Positions 31,386 to 41,447 of a stretch of 64,000 nucleotides of DNA are shown piece by piece (positions within the stretch are counted from its first letter, which is position 1; the number at the start of each line of letters is the position of its first letter). A program made the position numbers and the translations under genes. Location: positions 64,001 to 128,000 of the forward strand of contig CBDHDG010000003.1 of assembly GCA_965261595.1 (NCBI GenBank), written 5' to 3'. A model generated the notes under the pieces. The model saw nothing but the letters and a program-made list of their open reading frames with translations. It was not told the origin of the DNA and did no database searches. The DNA comes from a bacterium. Lineage in GTDB: Bacteria > UBA8248 > JACPRG01 > G963555815.

Positions 31386-31709
31386 GCGGTAGGACTCCTG
31401 TGCGGCGGGCCGCTTTCCGGAATCGGGATTGAGCCCTGTCCGTATCACTTTGTTCCAGCGGCGCGGCGCGCCGGATTCAGCCTCGCATCATGCGCCGGCC
31501 GAAAGGGGGCGAGAGTCGGTTGACTCCGTCCCTTCGTGTGTCCTGGACGGTCGCGAGAAGTCCGGCCGTAGATTTTTCCCGGTGGAAGGGGAGGGGGTCG
31601 TGGCAAAGGAGAGGCCGTTCAGGTTCCGTGAGCCCGGCCCTCCATGACGGACGCGAGGGCGGCGTCGCGTCCATCATGAGTCGCTCCCGGTTCCCGTATT
31701 TCGAATAGG

Positions 31710-32162
31710 TTAATCGAGCTTGACGGAGCCCATTTTGGGCACGCTCGTGTCCCAGAATTTCCAGCGTTTTGGCCGGACCGTGATGCGGACGCGCTCTTTT
31801 TGCCCCGGCATCCCCTTGAGATATCCTTCCACGGCCCCTTGGCCCAGGTAATGGACGATGGAAGGGGTGAAGTACTCATGGTCCTTGCCTTTCGGTTCGG
31901 ACACCTCCGCGCTTCCTTCTGCCGTCACGCCTTTGTAGGGCGGTTTCTGGTCATCCATGACGATGGAAATGGCCGGGTTTCGCCTGAGGTTCTTCACCGT
32001 GAGCGATTCCGCTCCGGTGCTGATCTCGAACGTTCCGTCGCCCGGGTTGAACTTGTACCAGAGCGGGACGCAATGGGGGGTGCCGTTCTTGTTGGTCGAG
32101 GCGACCCGGGCCATCATGGGCTGGGTCAGGAAGCTATCCATGTCCGTCGGTCGTTCTGGCAT
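31710..32162 (-). CDS. Pyridoxamine 5'-phosphate oxidase-like split-barrel protein (PPOX class)
   Basis: NGTPHCVPLWY, NLRRNP.IS, V..EG.AE; AGGAG RBS. Confidence 0.85.
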   Translation of the reverse strand: MPERPTDMDSFLTQPMMARVASTNKNGTPHCVPLWYKFNPGDGTFEISTGAESLTVKNLRRNPAISIVMDDQKPPYKGVTAEGSAEVSEPKGKDHEYFTPSIVHYLGQGAVEGYLKGMPGQKERVRITVRPKRWKFWDTSVPKMGSVKLD

Positions 32163-32322
32163 TGTGGATCTCCTTCTGAGGCCGATAGCCGGCCGAGAAA
32201 TCGATTGGGTCCCGATCATACTCGCTCTGATGGGTTGTAACCAGCGATCGGCCGGAAATCTTCCCGTTTCGGAACACTCCGGCTGATTGAGGGGGCGCGG
32301 GGGAAACGGGAGACCGGCAATC

Positions 32323-32568
32323 TTACGCCCAGTCGGGCGGGTCGGGGGGGAGGCCGTACCGGACTTCCTGGAAATTGCCCAAAAAGGCGATGACGCTGGG
32401 AATCAGGAAAAAGGGTGAGAGCCACCAGGCCAACGGCAACGGCAGAAACGCCGCGATGATGAAGATCAGGCCCTCGCCCAAGCTCTTGTGGCGGAGCTGG
32501 TGGATGCCGGGCGCCAGATACAGGAGCCATTTTTTGCGCGTGGCGCGCCCCGTCGGTGTTCGGTTCAC
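32323..32568 (-). CDS. Small membrane protein, hypothetical
   Basis: 81 aa with two hydrophobic segments; 4-bp overlap with the udg stop. Confidence 0.55.
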   Translation of the reverse strand: MNRTPTGRATRKKWLLYLAPGIHQLRHKSLGEGLIFIIAAFLPLPLAWWLSPFFLIPSVIAFLGNFQEVRYGLPPDPPDWA

Positions 32569-33371
32569 GGACCTTCCCGCGCGGAGGATGGAAGCGGCCC
32601 CAGCCCCAGGACTTGATGGACTTTTTGCAGGTCTTCCCAGACGACGCGCTTTTGGGATTGGTTGCGCAAGAGGTAGGCCGGGTGGAAGGTGGGCATCACG
32701 GGGATTCCGTGGTACTCGTGAAAGTTCCCCCGGATACGGGAGATTCGTTCCTCCGTCTGAAGAAGCGTCTGGGCGGCGAATTTCCCCATCGCCAGGATCA
32801 CCTTGGGGCGGAGCGACTTGAGCTGGCGAATCAGGAAGGGCTCGCAGGTTTCCACTTCAGCGGGCGTCGGGTTCCGGTTCTCCGGTGGCCGGCACTTGAT
32901 GACGTTGCAGATGTAGATATCCTCCCGGGACAGTCCGATGGCTTCCAGCATCCGGTTGAGGAGCTGGCCGGAGCGCCCCACGAACGGCTCGGCTTTGATG
33001 TCTTCTTCCCGCCCCGGCGCCTCGCCCACGATGACCAGGTCGGCTTCGGGGTTCCCGACGCCGAAGACGATGTTCTTCCTCCCTTCGCAGAGGCCGCAAC
33101 GGGTGCACTCGCCCAGGTCCGACCGGATCTCCTCCAGCGTCTCGACCGCCTTGAATGAGCTCATTTCTTCCATCGCTCCCGATTGAGCGGAAGGGGTTTT
33201 TGTTCGGGCCGCCCGGGAATCCGGGGGGGTGGCCGAGGGGGTGGCCGGCAGGGTGTCAAGCAACGCCGGGTCCATCTCGACCTCTGAAATCCCGTCGGCC
33301 ACCTCGTATTCCAGGTGAGTTCTCAGACCGTGGATGGCCTCGCCCAGCAATCTCCGGGGGTCTTCGGTCAA
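32565..33371 (-). CDS. udg: Uracil-DNA glycosylase family 4
   Basis: [42 protein letters not shown]. Confidence 0.95.
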   Translation of the reverse strand: MTEDPRRLLGEAIHGLRTHLEYEVADGISEVEMDPALLDTLPATPSATPPDSRAARTKTPSAQSGAMEEMSSFKAVETLEEIRSDLGECTRCGLCEGRKNIVFGVGNPEADLVIVGEAPGREEDIKAEPFVGRSGQLLNRMLEAIGLSREDIYICNVIKCRPPENRNPTPAEVETCEPFLIRQLKSLRPKVILAMGKFAAQTLLQTEERISRIRGNFHEYHGIPVMPTFHPAYLLRNQSQKRVVWEDLQKVHQVLGLGPLPSSAREGP

Positions 33372-34654
33372 CGGTTCCGTCCACCCAGGCTGCGGACATT
33401 GCCGGTCTCTTTTCCCAGCAATTCCCGGACCCGGTCCAGGATAACTGCGGCCAGAGCGGGTTTGGTCATGCGCCCGGTTTCAAACTCCCGTCCCGTCCGA
33501 TCGATCAGGATGGCCGCGGATACGTCCGAGCCCATCGCCCCCCCGTCCTCCCCGACGGCGTTGGCCACGATGAGGTCCAGGTTCTTCTTTTCCAGCTTGA
33601 CCTTCGCGTTTACGGCGAGGTCTTCGGTTTCGGCCGCGAACCCGACCATGAGGGGCCTGCCGGGTTTCCCGCCGATCTCGTTCAGGATGTCCGTTGTGCG
33701 CTCCAGGATGAGCGTCACCTCGCCGCCCTCTTTCTTGTATTTACCGGCTTGGGTTCGGCGGGGGCGGTAGTCCGCGACGGCGGCGGCCTTGATCAAGACG
33801 TCCGTTCCGGCCATGGCGTCCAGGACGGCGCGCCGCATGTCTTCGGCCGATTCGACCCGGACGATGTCCACCCCGGGCGGGGTGTCCAGGGCGGCGGGGC
33901 CGCTGACGAGCACGACCCCGGCCCCCCGCCGCCGGGCGGCGGCGGCCAGGGCGAAACCCATCTTGCCGCTGGAACGGTTAGACAAAAAACGGATCGCGTC
34001 CCACTTCTCCCGGGTGGGGCCGGCCGTGATCAGGACTTTCCTGCCCGCCAGGTCGCCCGAGCGGACAAGCAGAGCGGAAGCGGCCTCGACGATCGTCTCC
34101 GGCGCGGCCAGCCGGCCGGGGCCTTTCCCCCCCTCCCCCCCTTCAAAGGTCGAGGCCATGGGGCCGGTCTCGGAGGGGACGATGGTGACGCCGCGCTCGG
34201 CCAGGGTTTTCAGGTTGTCCTGTACGGCGGGGTGCCGGAGCATCGTTGGATTCATCGCGGGGGCGATCAGGACCGGACAGGGCGCCGCTAGGAGCGCCGT
34301 TGTGAGGAAATCGTCGGCGACCCCCCAGGCGTACTTTCCCAGGAAGTTGGCCGTGGCGGGCGCGACGATAACCAAGTCCGCCGCCGGCTGCCGGTCTTCC
34401 CGGCCCTGGGTCACCCAGAGGTGGTCGAGGGGATCCGGAGGCGGCTCGGCGTCGGTCAGGACGGGTTGGTCCGACAAGGTGTGAAAGGTGATCGGGCCGA
34501 CGAACTCCGCGGCGGTTCGGGTCATGATGACCTGGACCCGCGCTCCGTCTTTGACGAGCAGGCGGAGGATTTCGACCGCCTTGTACGCGGCGATTCCGCC
34601 CGTCACGCCGAGGACGATTCGAATCCCTGAAAAGCGGCCTTTGGCTTTGACCAT
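33368..34654 (-). CDS. coaBC: Bifunctional phosphopantothenoylcysteine decarboxylase/ligase
   Basis: GVTGGIAAYK, APATAN, PAMN, TAGPTRE..D.IRF.SN.SSGKMG, GFAAET. Confidence 0.97.
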   Translation of the reverse strand: MVKAKGRFSGIRIVLGVTGGIAAYKAVEILRLLVKDGARVQVIMTRTAAEFVGPITFHTLSDQPVLTDAEPPPDPLDHLWVTQGREDRQPAADLVIVAPATANFLGKYAWGVADDFLTTALLAAPCPVLIAPAMNPTMLRHPAVQDNLKTLAERGVTIVPSETGPMASTFEGGEGGKGPGRLAAPETIVEAASALLVRSGDLAGRKVLITAGPTREKWDAIRFLSNRSSGKMGFALAAAARRRGAGVVLVSGPAALDTPPGVDIVRVESAEDMRRAVLDAMAGTDVLIKAAAVADYRPRRTQAGKYKKEGGEVTLILERTTDILNEIGGKPGRPLMVGFAAETEDLAVNAKVKLEKKNLDLIVANAVGEDGGAMGSDVSAAILIDRTGREFETGRMTKPALAAVILDRVRELLGKETGNVRSLGGRNR

Positions 34655-34666
34655 CGGGCGCCGTCC

Positions 34667-35272
34667 CTAAGTGGAAAGGCCGTCGGGCGCCGGGCGGATC
34701 CGGCGCCGCTCGGCCGTGATGATGGCCTTCAGATCCCCGACGGTCCTGTCGAATTCGTCGTTCACAATCGCGTAACGGTACTCATCGATCCAGTCCATCT
34801 CGATTTGGGCCTGGGAGAGCCGTTTTTCGACGGTTTTCTCGGGGTCCGAGCCCCGATCCCTGAGCCGCTGTTCGAGGATTTCCAGGGAGGGCGGCTGAAT
34901 GAAGATGGTGATGGCTTTCGGATACGCCCGGCGGATGCTGCGCGCCCCCTGGATCTCGATGGCCAAAATGGTGTCCACGCCCCCGGCGCGATTGCGTTCA
35001 ATGGGCTCTTTCGGGGTGCCGTAGAGGTTGCCGTACACCTCGGCCCATTCCAGAAAGCGCCCTTCTCCGGCCGCGCGCTCGAACTCGGAACGCTCCAGGA
35101 AAATGTAATCGACTTCATTCTTCTCACCGGGGCGGACCGGACGCGTGGTGCATGAGACCGAGCGTTCAAGACCGGACAGCTCTTTCAGGACCCTCGTGAC
35201 AAGCGAGGTTTTCCCTCCGCCGGAGGGAGAAGACATCACAAAGACCAACCCCTGCTTCTCTCCATCCCTCAC
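34667..35272 (-). CDS. gmk: Guanylate kinase
   Basis: SSPSGGGKTS, SVSCTTR..RPGE, FLEWAEVYGNLYGT. Start codon uncertain. Confidence 0.95.
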   Translation of the reverse strand: MRDGEKQGLVFVMSSPSGGGKTSLVTRVLKELSGLERSVSCTTRPVRPGEKNEVDYIFLERSEFERAAGEGRFLEWAEVYGNLYGTPKEPIERNRAGGVDTILAIEIQGARSIRRAYPKAITIFIQPPSLEILEQRLRDRGSDPEKTVEKRLSQAQIEMDWIDEYRYAIVNDEFDRTVGDLKAIITAERRRIRPAPDGLST

Positions 35273-35423
35273 GCGTTCGTCGCCTTTCGTACAAGAAAAA
35301 GATCTCGGGGCTTGAAGCGTGCGCCCGTTCCCGGCGAATCCGCCGAGCGGTCCCGGTTCCGGCGGCGCCCCGGTTCGGTCCCCATCTTCGAGATTCACGG
35401 CCCGGGTCCGCGTTCCCCCGGGG

Positions 35424-36305
35424 TCACTCCAGATTTTGCACCTGTTCCCGGATCTTTTCCAATTCTCCCTTTAATTCAATGACCAGGGCGGACACGTCCG
35501 TGTCGAGAGATTTGGAGCCGACTGTGTTGACCTCGCGGTGCATCTCCTGCAGGAGGAAGTCCAGCTTCCGGCCGGCGGGACTCCCCTTGTCGAATTGGTC
35601 CCGGAACTGGCCGATGTGGCTTTCGAGGCGGGTGATTTCCTCAGAGGTGTCACTTCTTTGCGTGAGGAGGATGATTTCCTGCTCCAATCGGCCGGAATCA
35701 GGTTGGATGTCCGCGTTCAGCAGGTCGGTGATACGGGCGCGCAAGCGCTCTCTGTACTGAGCCACCGTCGCCGGGACCGTCTCCCGGAGCCGGTCGAGCA
35801 GGTCTGAGACAGTGTCCACCCGGTTGGCGATGTCCTGCCCGAGCGCCTGGCCCTCTTTGCGGCGCATGTCCTCGAGGTTTCCCAGGGCTTCGTCCAGGGC
35901 GGTCTCGACGAATGTCGAAGCGATTTCGGGTCCGCCTCCATTGTCTTCCACAAAGAAGATTTCCCGCATCCCCGCGAGGGTTTCAAGGGTGACTTCACCC
36001 GGCAGGTTCAATTCCCGCTTCAGGGAGTTCAACCCTTCAAGATATTGCTTCGCCGCGGCCCGGTCCAACCGGATCTCGCGCGAGTCCAGCGCGTCTCCGG
36101 AAACCGCTATGTACACATCGAATTTCCCCCGCTCGAAGCGGTTGCGGACGGATTCCCGGATGAGCGGTTCGATGGAGCCGAGGCTCCGGGCTGTCTTGAC
36201 GGAAATCTCGAAATGGCGGTGGTTGACGGACCGGACTTCGACGGTGATCGTCCGCCCCTCGATTTCGGCCAACCCCTTTCCCCAACCCGTCATGCTGCGC
36301 CACAT
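35424..36305 (-). CDS. yicC: YicC/YloC-family endoribonuclease
   Basis: RSMTG.G, SVNHR, EEITRL.SH, GRKLDFLLQEM.RE.NT.GSK, REQVQNLE. Confidence 0.95.
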   Translation of the reverse strand: MWRSMTGWGKGLAEIEGRTITVEVRSVNHRHFEISVKTARSLGSIEPLIRESVRNRFERGKFDVYIAVSGDALDSREIRLDRAAAKQYLEGLNSLKRELNLPGEVTLETLAGMREIFFVEDNGGGPEIASTFVETALDEALGNLEDMRRKEGQALGQDIANRVDTVSDLLDRLRETVPATVAQYRERLRARITDLLNADIQPDSGRLEQEIILLTQRSDTSEEITRLESHIGQFRDQFDKGSPAGRKLDFLLQEMHREVNTVGSKSLDTDVSALVIELKGELEKIREQVQNLE

Positions 36306-36406
36306 AGATGTCCTCCACTCGGCCACGGGACTGTTTTGAGACGCTTAACGGTTTAAAAACAAATACATATCAGGAGTTATCCCGGCTGTCAATTGCAAAA
36401 ATGGCA

Positions 36407-36435
36407 TTGAACCGGGTATCTTCTACGGTTATATT
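36407..36435 (+). promoter_or_regulatory. Putative sigma70 promoter for rqcH
   Basis: TTGAAC-N17-TATATT, then AAGGAG RBS. Confidence 0.55.
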
Positions 36436-36459
36436 CGGTATGAAAGGAGATTTTCGTAT

Positions 36460-38535
36460 ATGGATTCATTTGCATTGAAGGCGATTGCCGCGGAGTTGGA
36501 CGCGGTTTTGCGCGGCGGCATCGTGGACAAGATTCAGCAACCCCAAAAATCGATCGTCCTTTTGGATGTCCATCCTCCCGCACGCTCCAGCCAATCCCCA
36601 GCGGAAGTTCTGGACTCGCTTCCCAGGCCGTCGGGGAAGAAAATTTTTCGGCTCCTGATCTCTACCGATGCCAGTCTTCCGAGGGTGCATCTGACCGGGT
36701 CGGATTTCGAAAACCCGAAGACGGCGCTCTCCTTTTGCATGCTTCTTCGCAAGCATTTGACCGGCGCGCGGATTGTGACCGTCACCCTCCGGGGGATAGA
36801 GCGAATCCTGAACTTAACGCTGGAAAAGCGGGATCCGGTTGGGAGGATCCTGCGCTATACACTGGTGGCCGAGATCATGGGGCGGCACAGCAACTTGTTT
36901 CTGGTGGACTCAAAAACCGGAATCATTCTGGACGCCCTCAAGAGCGTGTCGCCCGGACGAAGCGCGGCCCGTCCGATTCAAAGGAACAATCCGTACGTTC
37001 CTCCGCCCGAGCAAGAGAAGGAGGATCCGCTGCACATCGAAGAGGAAGCGTTGCTTGAGCTCGCCGGGCGCGCGGGCCGGCCGCGGAAAACCGAGAAGGT
37101 TTCGGCCAAGTGGCTGGTGAGCACGTTTGCGGGAATCAGCCCGGACGTGGCCGCCTGGGTGGCGGACAGGGCGAATGAGTCCGGGTTGTGGGACGCCTTT
37201 CGCGACGCCCGGGACCGGTTCCGCGAGGAGCGCTTCTCGCCCGGCATCCTGACAGTCAATGATGCCGATGAAGGAAGCCTTTGGGTTTTGCCTGTTCCGG
37301 CCGGCAAGCGGTGTCTCTCCTTCCCGAGCGCGAATGCCGCCGCCGACGCGCTCTACGGCCGCTCGTGGGATGCACGGCGGTTGGGAGTCAGGCAAAGCGC
37401 TGTGCGGAAGGAATTGAACAACGCGCTGAAGCGGAAGCGGCGGACCGCCGATCAGATCCGGAAGGATCTCGGCCGCTCGCGGGAGGCGGATGAGCAGCAG
37501 CGGAGGGGGCAGATTCTCCTGGCGAATCTGGATTCCATCCCGAAGGGGGCCGAGTCGATTCTCTTGCGGGATCCGCACATCGACGAAGAGGTGGACATCC
37601 CCCTAGACGTGAAGCTGAGTCCGACGCGCAACGCGGAGCGGTATTTTTCCCGCGCGAAGAAGCTCCGCAGGATGTCGGACTGGGGCTCAAAACGCCTGAA
37701 GGAGACGGAAGGGCAGATTCAGAAGTTGGAGGCGTTGGTCAAAGAGGCGCAAGCGTCGACGAAACCGGAAGTCCTGGAAAAGATCGAACAAAAGATGCTC
37801 GCCCTCACGCCGCCGAAAAAGGTCCAGGCCTCTGCCGCGGAAGAGGCCGCGGCCAAGGACGGCGCGAATGGGCGCAAGAAATCCGGAGCCGCCCGGGCCC
37901 CCGGCCGAGGCTCGGCCGAAAAGGGAAAAAAGCGGGCCGTGGCGAAAGGGCCCGCTGTTTCAGACGGCAGGGGGCGGAGGAAGCCGCCGGGAGGGAAGGG
38001 GGGGGGGAAAGACACCAAGGCGGCCGACGCGAGCCCCGACGTTTCGACCTCGGCGGAGAACCCTCAACCGCAATCCGCACCCTCGCAAGGGACTTCGAAA
38101 AGAAGACCGTCGAGCGACCATCGAAACTTCGCCCTGGATGGCGGGTGGGAAGTCCTGGTGGGGAAGCACGACCGGGGGAATGACCGCCTTCTCCGCCGGG
38201 TGGCCGGCGGGGAGGATGTCTGGCTGCACGCCCAGGAGGTTCCCGGATCGCATGTCATCATCCACCATTCGGAGCGGGGGAAAGAAGTCCCCCTGTGGGT
38301 TGTGGAGGCCGCCGCCAAGCTGGCCGCTTATTACAGCAAGGGGAAGGAATCGTCCAAGGTGTCGGTGGATTACATCGCGGTCAAGCATCTCCGCCGCGTC
38401 AAAGGGGGGAGGGCCGGCCAGGTCACCTTTACCGGTCAAAGCACGATATCGGTCTCCCCTGAAGCCCCCGAAGGATTGTTGGGTTCGTCCGCCAATTCGT
38501 CACGAGATCGGGAGGCCGAAGAAGAGGCCGTCTGA
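36460..38535 (+). CDS. rqcH: NFACT/Rqc2-family ribosome quality control protein
   Basis: FCMLLRKHL.G, EIMGRHSN, NAERYF..AKK, NDRL, WLHA...PGSHV. Confidence 0.92.
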   Translation: MDSFALKAIAAELDAVLRGGIVDKIQQPQKSIVLLDVHPPARSSQSPAEVLDSLPRPSGKKIFRLLISTDASLPRVHLTGSDFENPKTALSFCMLLRKHLTGARIVTVTLRGIERILNLTLEKRDPVGRILRYTLVAEIMGRHSNLFLVDSKTGIILDALKSVSPGRSAARPIQRNNPYVPPPEQEKEDPLHIEEEALLELAGRAGRPRKTEKVSAKWLVSTFAGISPDVAAWVADRANESGLWDAFRDARDRFREERFSPGILTVNDADEGSLWVLPVPAGKRCLSFPSANAAADALYGRSWDARRLGVRQSAVRKELNNALKRKRRTADQIRKDLGRSREADEQQRRGQILLANLDSIPKGAESILLRDPHIDEEVDIPLDVKLSPTRNAERYFSRAKKLRRMSDWGSKRLKETEGQIQKLEALVKEAQASTKPEVLEKIEQKMLALTPPKKVQASAAEEAAAKDGANGRKKSGAARAPGRGSAEKGKKRAVAKGPAVSDGRGRRKPPGGKGGGKDTKAADASPDVSTSAENPQPQSAPSQGTSKRRPSSDHRNFALDGGWEVLVGKHDRGNDRLLRRVAGGEDVWLHAQEVPGSHVIIHHSERGKEVPLWVVEAAAKLAAYYSKGKESSKVSVDYIAVKHLRRVKGGRAGQVTFTGQSTISVSPEAPEGLLGSSANSSRDREAEEEAV

Positions 38536-38603
38536 TCGTCCAGCCGTAAAATCGACGCCTGCACGTGGGACCGGATGGTCGGGATCCGCCGAGGAATGCC
38601 CGA

Positions 38604-39491
38604 GTGCTTACCTCCGCTCCGTTTCTTGCCCTCATTACGGCTTTTTGCATCGGGACAGCGGATTTTTCGACGCACTATCCCTTACGGCACGTCAAAGCGT
38701 TGCCGGGGGCCTTTTTCGGGCTTTGCTTTCAACTGGTCACCGCCCTGCTGATTCTCCTGGCCGCGGGCGGGAAATTGGAGATTTCGGACTGGCGGGGTCC
38801 CGTGTATTTCTTTTTGGCGGGGATTCTCCACCCCGGCGCTTTTTACATCCTTCTGCTCATATCGGTGGATCGTCTCGGGCCGGCCAGGGCCATCACCCTC
38901 AAGGGGACCTCCCCTTTATGGGGCGTCGCGATCGCCATGATCTTTCTCGGAGAACGGCCGAACCTCTCGATCTATCTCGGGCTTTTCATGGTTGCCTTCG
39001 GGGTGATGTGCCTGTCCTCGGAAAAGGGGGGACGGGCCTCTCTCAGCCGGAATCTGGCTTGGCCCCTGATCGCGGCGTTCTTCTCGGGACTGGCCCCCAA
39101 CTTGGCCAAGACGGCGTTGCGCTACATTGACAGCCCTTTCCTGGGTGTGGTGTTCGCCGTGGCGGGGGGGTTGGCGACCCTCTTCGTCTCCAATACGCTC
39201 ATGAGCGGCCGCCATGAGGGAAAGTTCTGGATGTGGGCCTATCCGTGGAAGCGCGTTGTTTTGTTCGCTCCGCTGGGAGTCCTGGCCGGGGTTGGATTTA
39301 TGACATACTATTCCGCGCTCAAGGTCGGGACGGTGGCGGTGGTGATTCCGCTTGTTCAGACGGCGCCCTTTTTCGCCATCGTCCTCTCCCGGCTTTTGAT
39401 TCAGAGGGATGAAGGGGTCAACGTCCGGCTGGTGGCCTCGGCGGCGGCGGTGGTGTTGGGCGCGTTCCTGATTACGACGGGTCGCGGTTGA
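38604..39491 (+). CDS. EamA/DMT transporter paralogue 1
   Basis: About 10 hydrophobic segments; AGILHPG, GPARAIT, FLGERP. Confidence 0.88.
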   Translation: MLTSAPFLALITAFCIGTADFSTHYPLRHVKALPGAFFGLCFQLVTALLILLAAGGKLEISDWRGPVYFFLAGILHPGAFYILLLISVDRLGPARAITLKGTSPLWGVAIAMIFLGERPNLSIYLGLFMVAFGVMCLSSEKGGRASLSRNLAWPLIAAFFSGLAPNLAKTALRYIDSPFLGVVFAVAGGLATLFVSNTLMSGRHEGKFWMWAYPWKRVVLFAPLGVLAGVGFMTYYSALKVGTVAVVIPLVQTAPFFAIVLSRLLIQRDEGVNVRLVASAAAVVLGAFLITTGRG

Positions 39492-39621
39492 GTCCGAGGA
39501 CCCAGGCGCTTCTCTCCCGGAACAACCTCCATCCAACTCTACCCCCGGCGTTGATCAAAAAACCGGATCGGCCCGGCCCGCGGCTGGTTTCGGCCGCGAC
39601 CTTTTGACGGAAACGCGCGTT

Positions 39622-40497
39622 ATGGAAGCTCCCCTTTTCGCTTTGTTGACGGCATTTTGCGTTGGCTCGGCCGATTTTTCGGCTCACTACGGATTGCGGC
39701 ATCTGAGGCCGATGCAAGGGGGGTTTTTCTCGGTCTGCGTTCAATTGGTCACCATCTTTGTGGCCATTGCGCTCTTCAGGGATTGGACCGTCCCGGATTG
39801 GCGGGGCCCGGTTTATTTCATTCTGGCCGGAGTTTTTCATCCGGGTTTGTTCTTCTTTGTCCTTCTCAGCGCTGTTGAACGGAACGGCCCCGCCCGGACC
39901 ATCACGTTCAAGGCGACCTCCCCGTTATTCGGCGTGGCCCTCGCGTTCCTGGCCCTGGGCGAACGACCCACCCTGATCGTCTATGTCGGGCTTTTTCTCC
40001 TTGTGGGCGGGGTGGTGCGCTTGTCGATGGAAAGCGGAGGGTTGATGGTCAGGGGGCGAGGAATCGTTTATCTTTTGGCCGCGGCCTTCATCGGCGGACT
40101 GATGCCCAACATGGCGAAGTACGGCCTCCAATACCTGGATGATCCGGTCATGGGCCCGTTTTTTGCCGTCATTGGAGGGATCCTGACGCTCTTCATCGGA
40201 AACACGATCCTGGCCCGAAGGACCGGAGAAGCGTGGTTTCGGACATCCTCCCTCAAGGGGGTGCTCTTGTTCATTCCGATGGGCGTTCTGGGCGGGATGG
40301 GCTGGATCTTCTACTTCACCGCGCTGACGCACGGATCGGTCTCCCAGGTCCTGCCGCTGGTCCAGATGGCCCCGTTTTTCGCCATTCTCCTTTCCCGGCT
40401 GCTCATCCAGGAGCAGGAGCGGATCAACCTTCGCCTCGTCGTCTCGGCGGCGGTCATCGTCTCGGGCGCGGTTTTGATTACAATGGGACGCGCGTAA
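39622..40497 (+). CDS. EamA/DMT transporter paralogue 2
   Basis: AGVFHPG, GPARTIT, LGERP, PLVQMAPFF. Confidence 0.88.
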   Translation: MEAPLFALLTAFCVGSADFSAHYGLRHLRPMQGGFFSVCVQLVTIFVAIALFRDWTVPDWRGPVYFILAGVFHPGLFFFVLLSAVERNGPARTITFKATSPLFGVALAFLALGERPTLIVYVGLFLLVGGVVRLSMESGGLMVRGRGIVYLLAAAFIGGLMPNMAKYGLQYLDDPVMGPFFAVIGGILTLFIGNTILARRTGEAWFRTSSLKGVLLFIPMGVLGGMGWIFYFTALTHGSVSQVLPLVQMAPFFAILLSRLLIQEQERINLRLVVSAAVIVSGAVLITMGRA

Positions 40498-40548
40498 CCC
40501 GAACGGGTGCGGCGCGGTCCGCGATTTTCCTGAAGGAGGGGCGATTCC

Positions 40549-41382
40549 ATGAGTTTCCGGCTGGCCGTTGTCCAACCCCTGGCCCATCCGCCGCCCGAGG
40601 ATGAGAGGAACGTGGGCGAGGCCGTCCGCCACGTCGAGGCGGCGGCGGCGCAGGGGGCCGAGTTCGTTGTCTTCCCCGAATCCTACCCCGGGCCGTGGCG
40701 CATGCCGGCCACCTTCGATCCGACCGACGCGCTGGCGGAAGCGGCCGAGCGGTGCGGCGTCTACGTGCAGTTCGGCACGCTCGAGCCCATCGGCGATTCT
40801 CCCCGCGAGGCGCATAACCTTGTCCTGCTCGCCCGCCCGGGCGGCGGCCCGCCTGGAAAATACCGCCGCACCCACCCGCCGGGACCCTGGATCTACACCG
40901 GCGGCCGTTACTGGGACTTCCACTACGTCCCCGGCGATGAGTACCCCGTTTTCGAGACCGAGCGCGGCCAGGTGGGATTGGCCATGTGCAGCGAGGTGTA
41001 CATGCCCGAGGTGACGCGCGCGCTCGCGCTGCGGGGGGCGGAGATGATCTTCCTGCCCGCCGGCGTGGACAAGCTGGCGCTTTGGGCGACTTGGCGAAAC
41101 CTGATTTGGTCCCGCGCCATCGAGAACCTGGCCGTCGTCGTGACGACGCAGAACTTGTTCGGCCCGGAGGAAAAAGGCTTGGCGATGGTCGCGACGCCCG
41201 AGGAGGTCGTTTTCGAGACCACCCAAGCCGGGCTGTTCATCGTCGAGGTGGATTTGGAAAGGGTCCGCGAGCTGAGAAGTCAGCGCGACGAAGTGGACTC
41301 CGCGTCCCGAAACGCCGCGAAGGCCGGCGTTCTCACGCAGTGGCAGCGTCCCGAGATGTACGACCGATTTTTCCCGCGCTGA
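40549..41382 (+). CDS. Carbon-nitrogen hydrolase (paralogue of 22843-23667)
   Basis: FPESYPGP, FDPT.ALA, MCSE, RAIEN, QNLFG. Confidence 0.9.
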   Translation: MSFRLAVVQPLAHPPPEDERNVGEAVRHVEAAAAQGAEFVVFPESYPGPWRMPATFDPTDALAEAAERCGVYVQFGTLEPIGDSPREAHNLVLLARPGGGPPGKYRRTHPPGPWIYTGGRYWDFHYVPGDEYPVFETERGQVGLAMCSEVYMPEVTRALALRGAEMIFLPAGVDKLALWATWRNLIWSRAIENLAVVVTTQNLFGPEEKGLAMVATPEEVVFETTQAGLFIVEVDLERVRELRSQRDEVDSASRNAAKAGVLTQWQRPEMYDRFFPR

Positions 41383-41447
41383 TTCCCTGGCCCTTCAGCG
41401 GCCGGCGCCGCCCGCCTCATCCTGGAAACTGAAGAACAAGGAGATCC

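Noticed and set aside
31644..31677. 13-bp hairpin between the PPOX and cupin genes as a riboswitch
   Set aside because: No aptamer consensus recognisable; at most a simple stem-loop.
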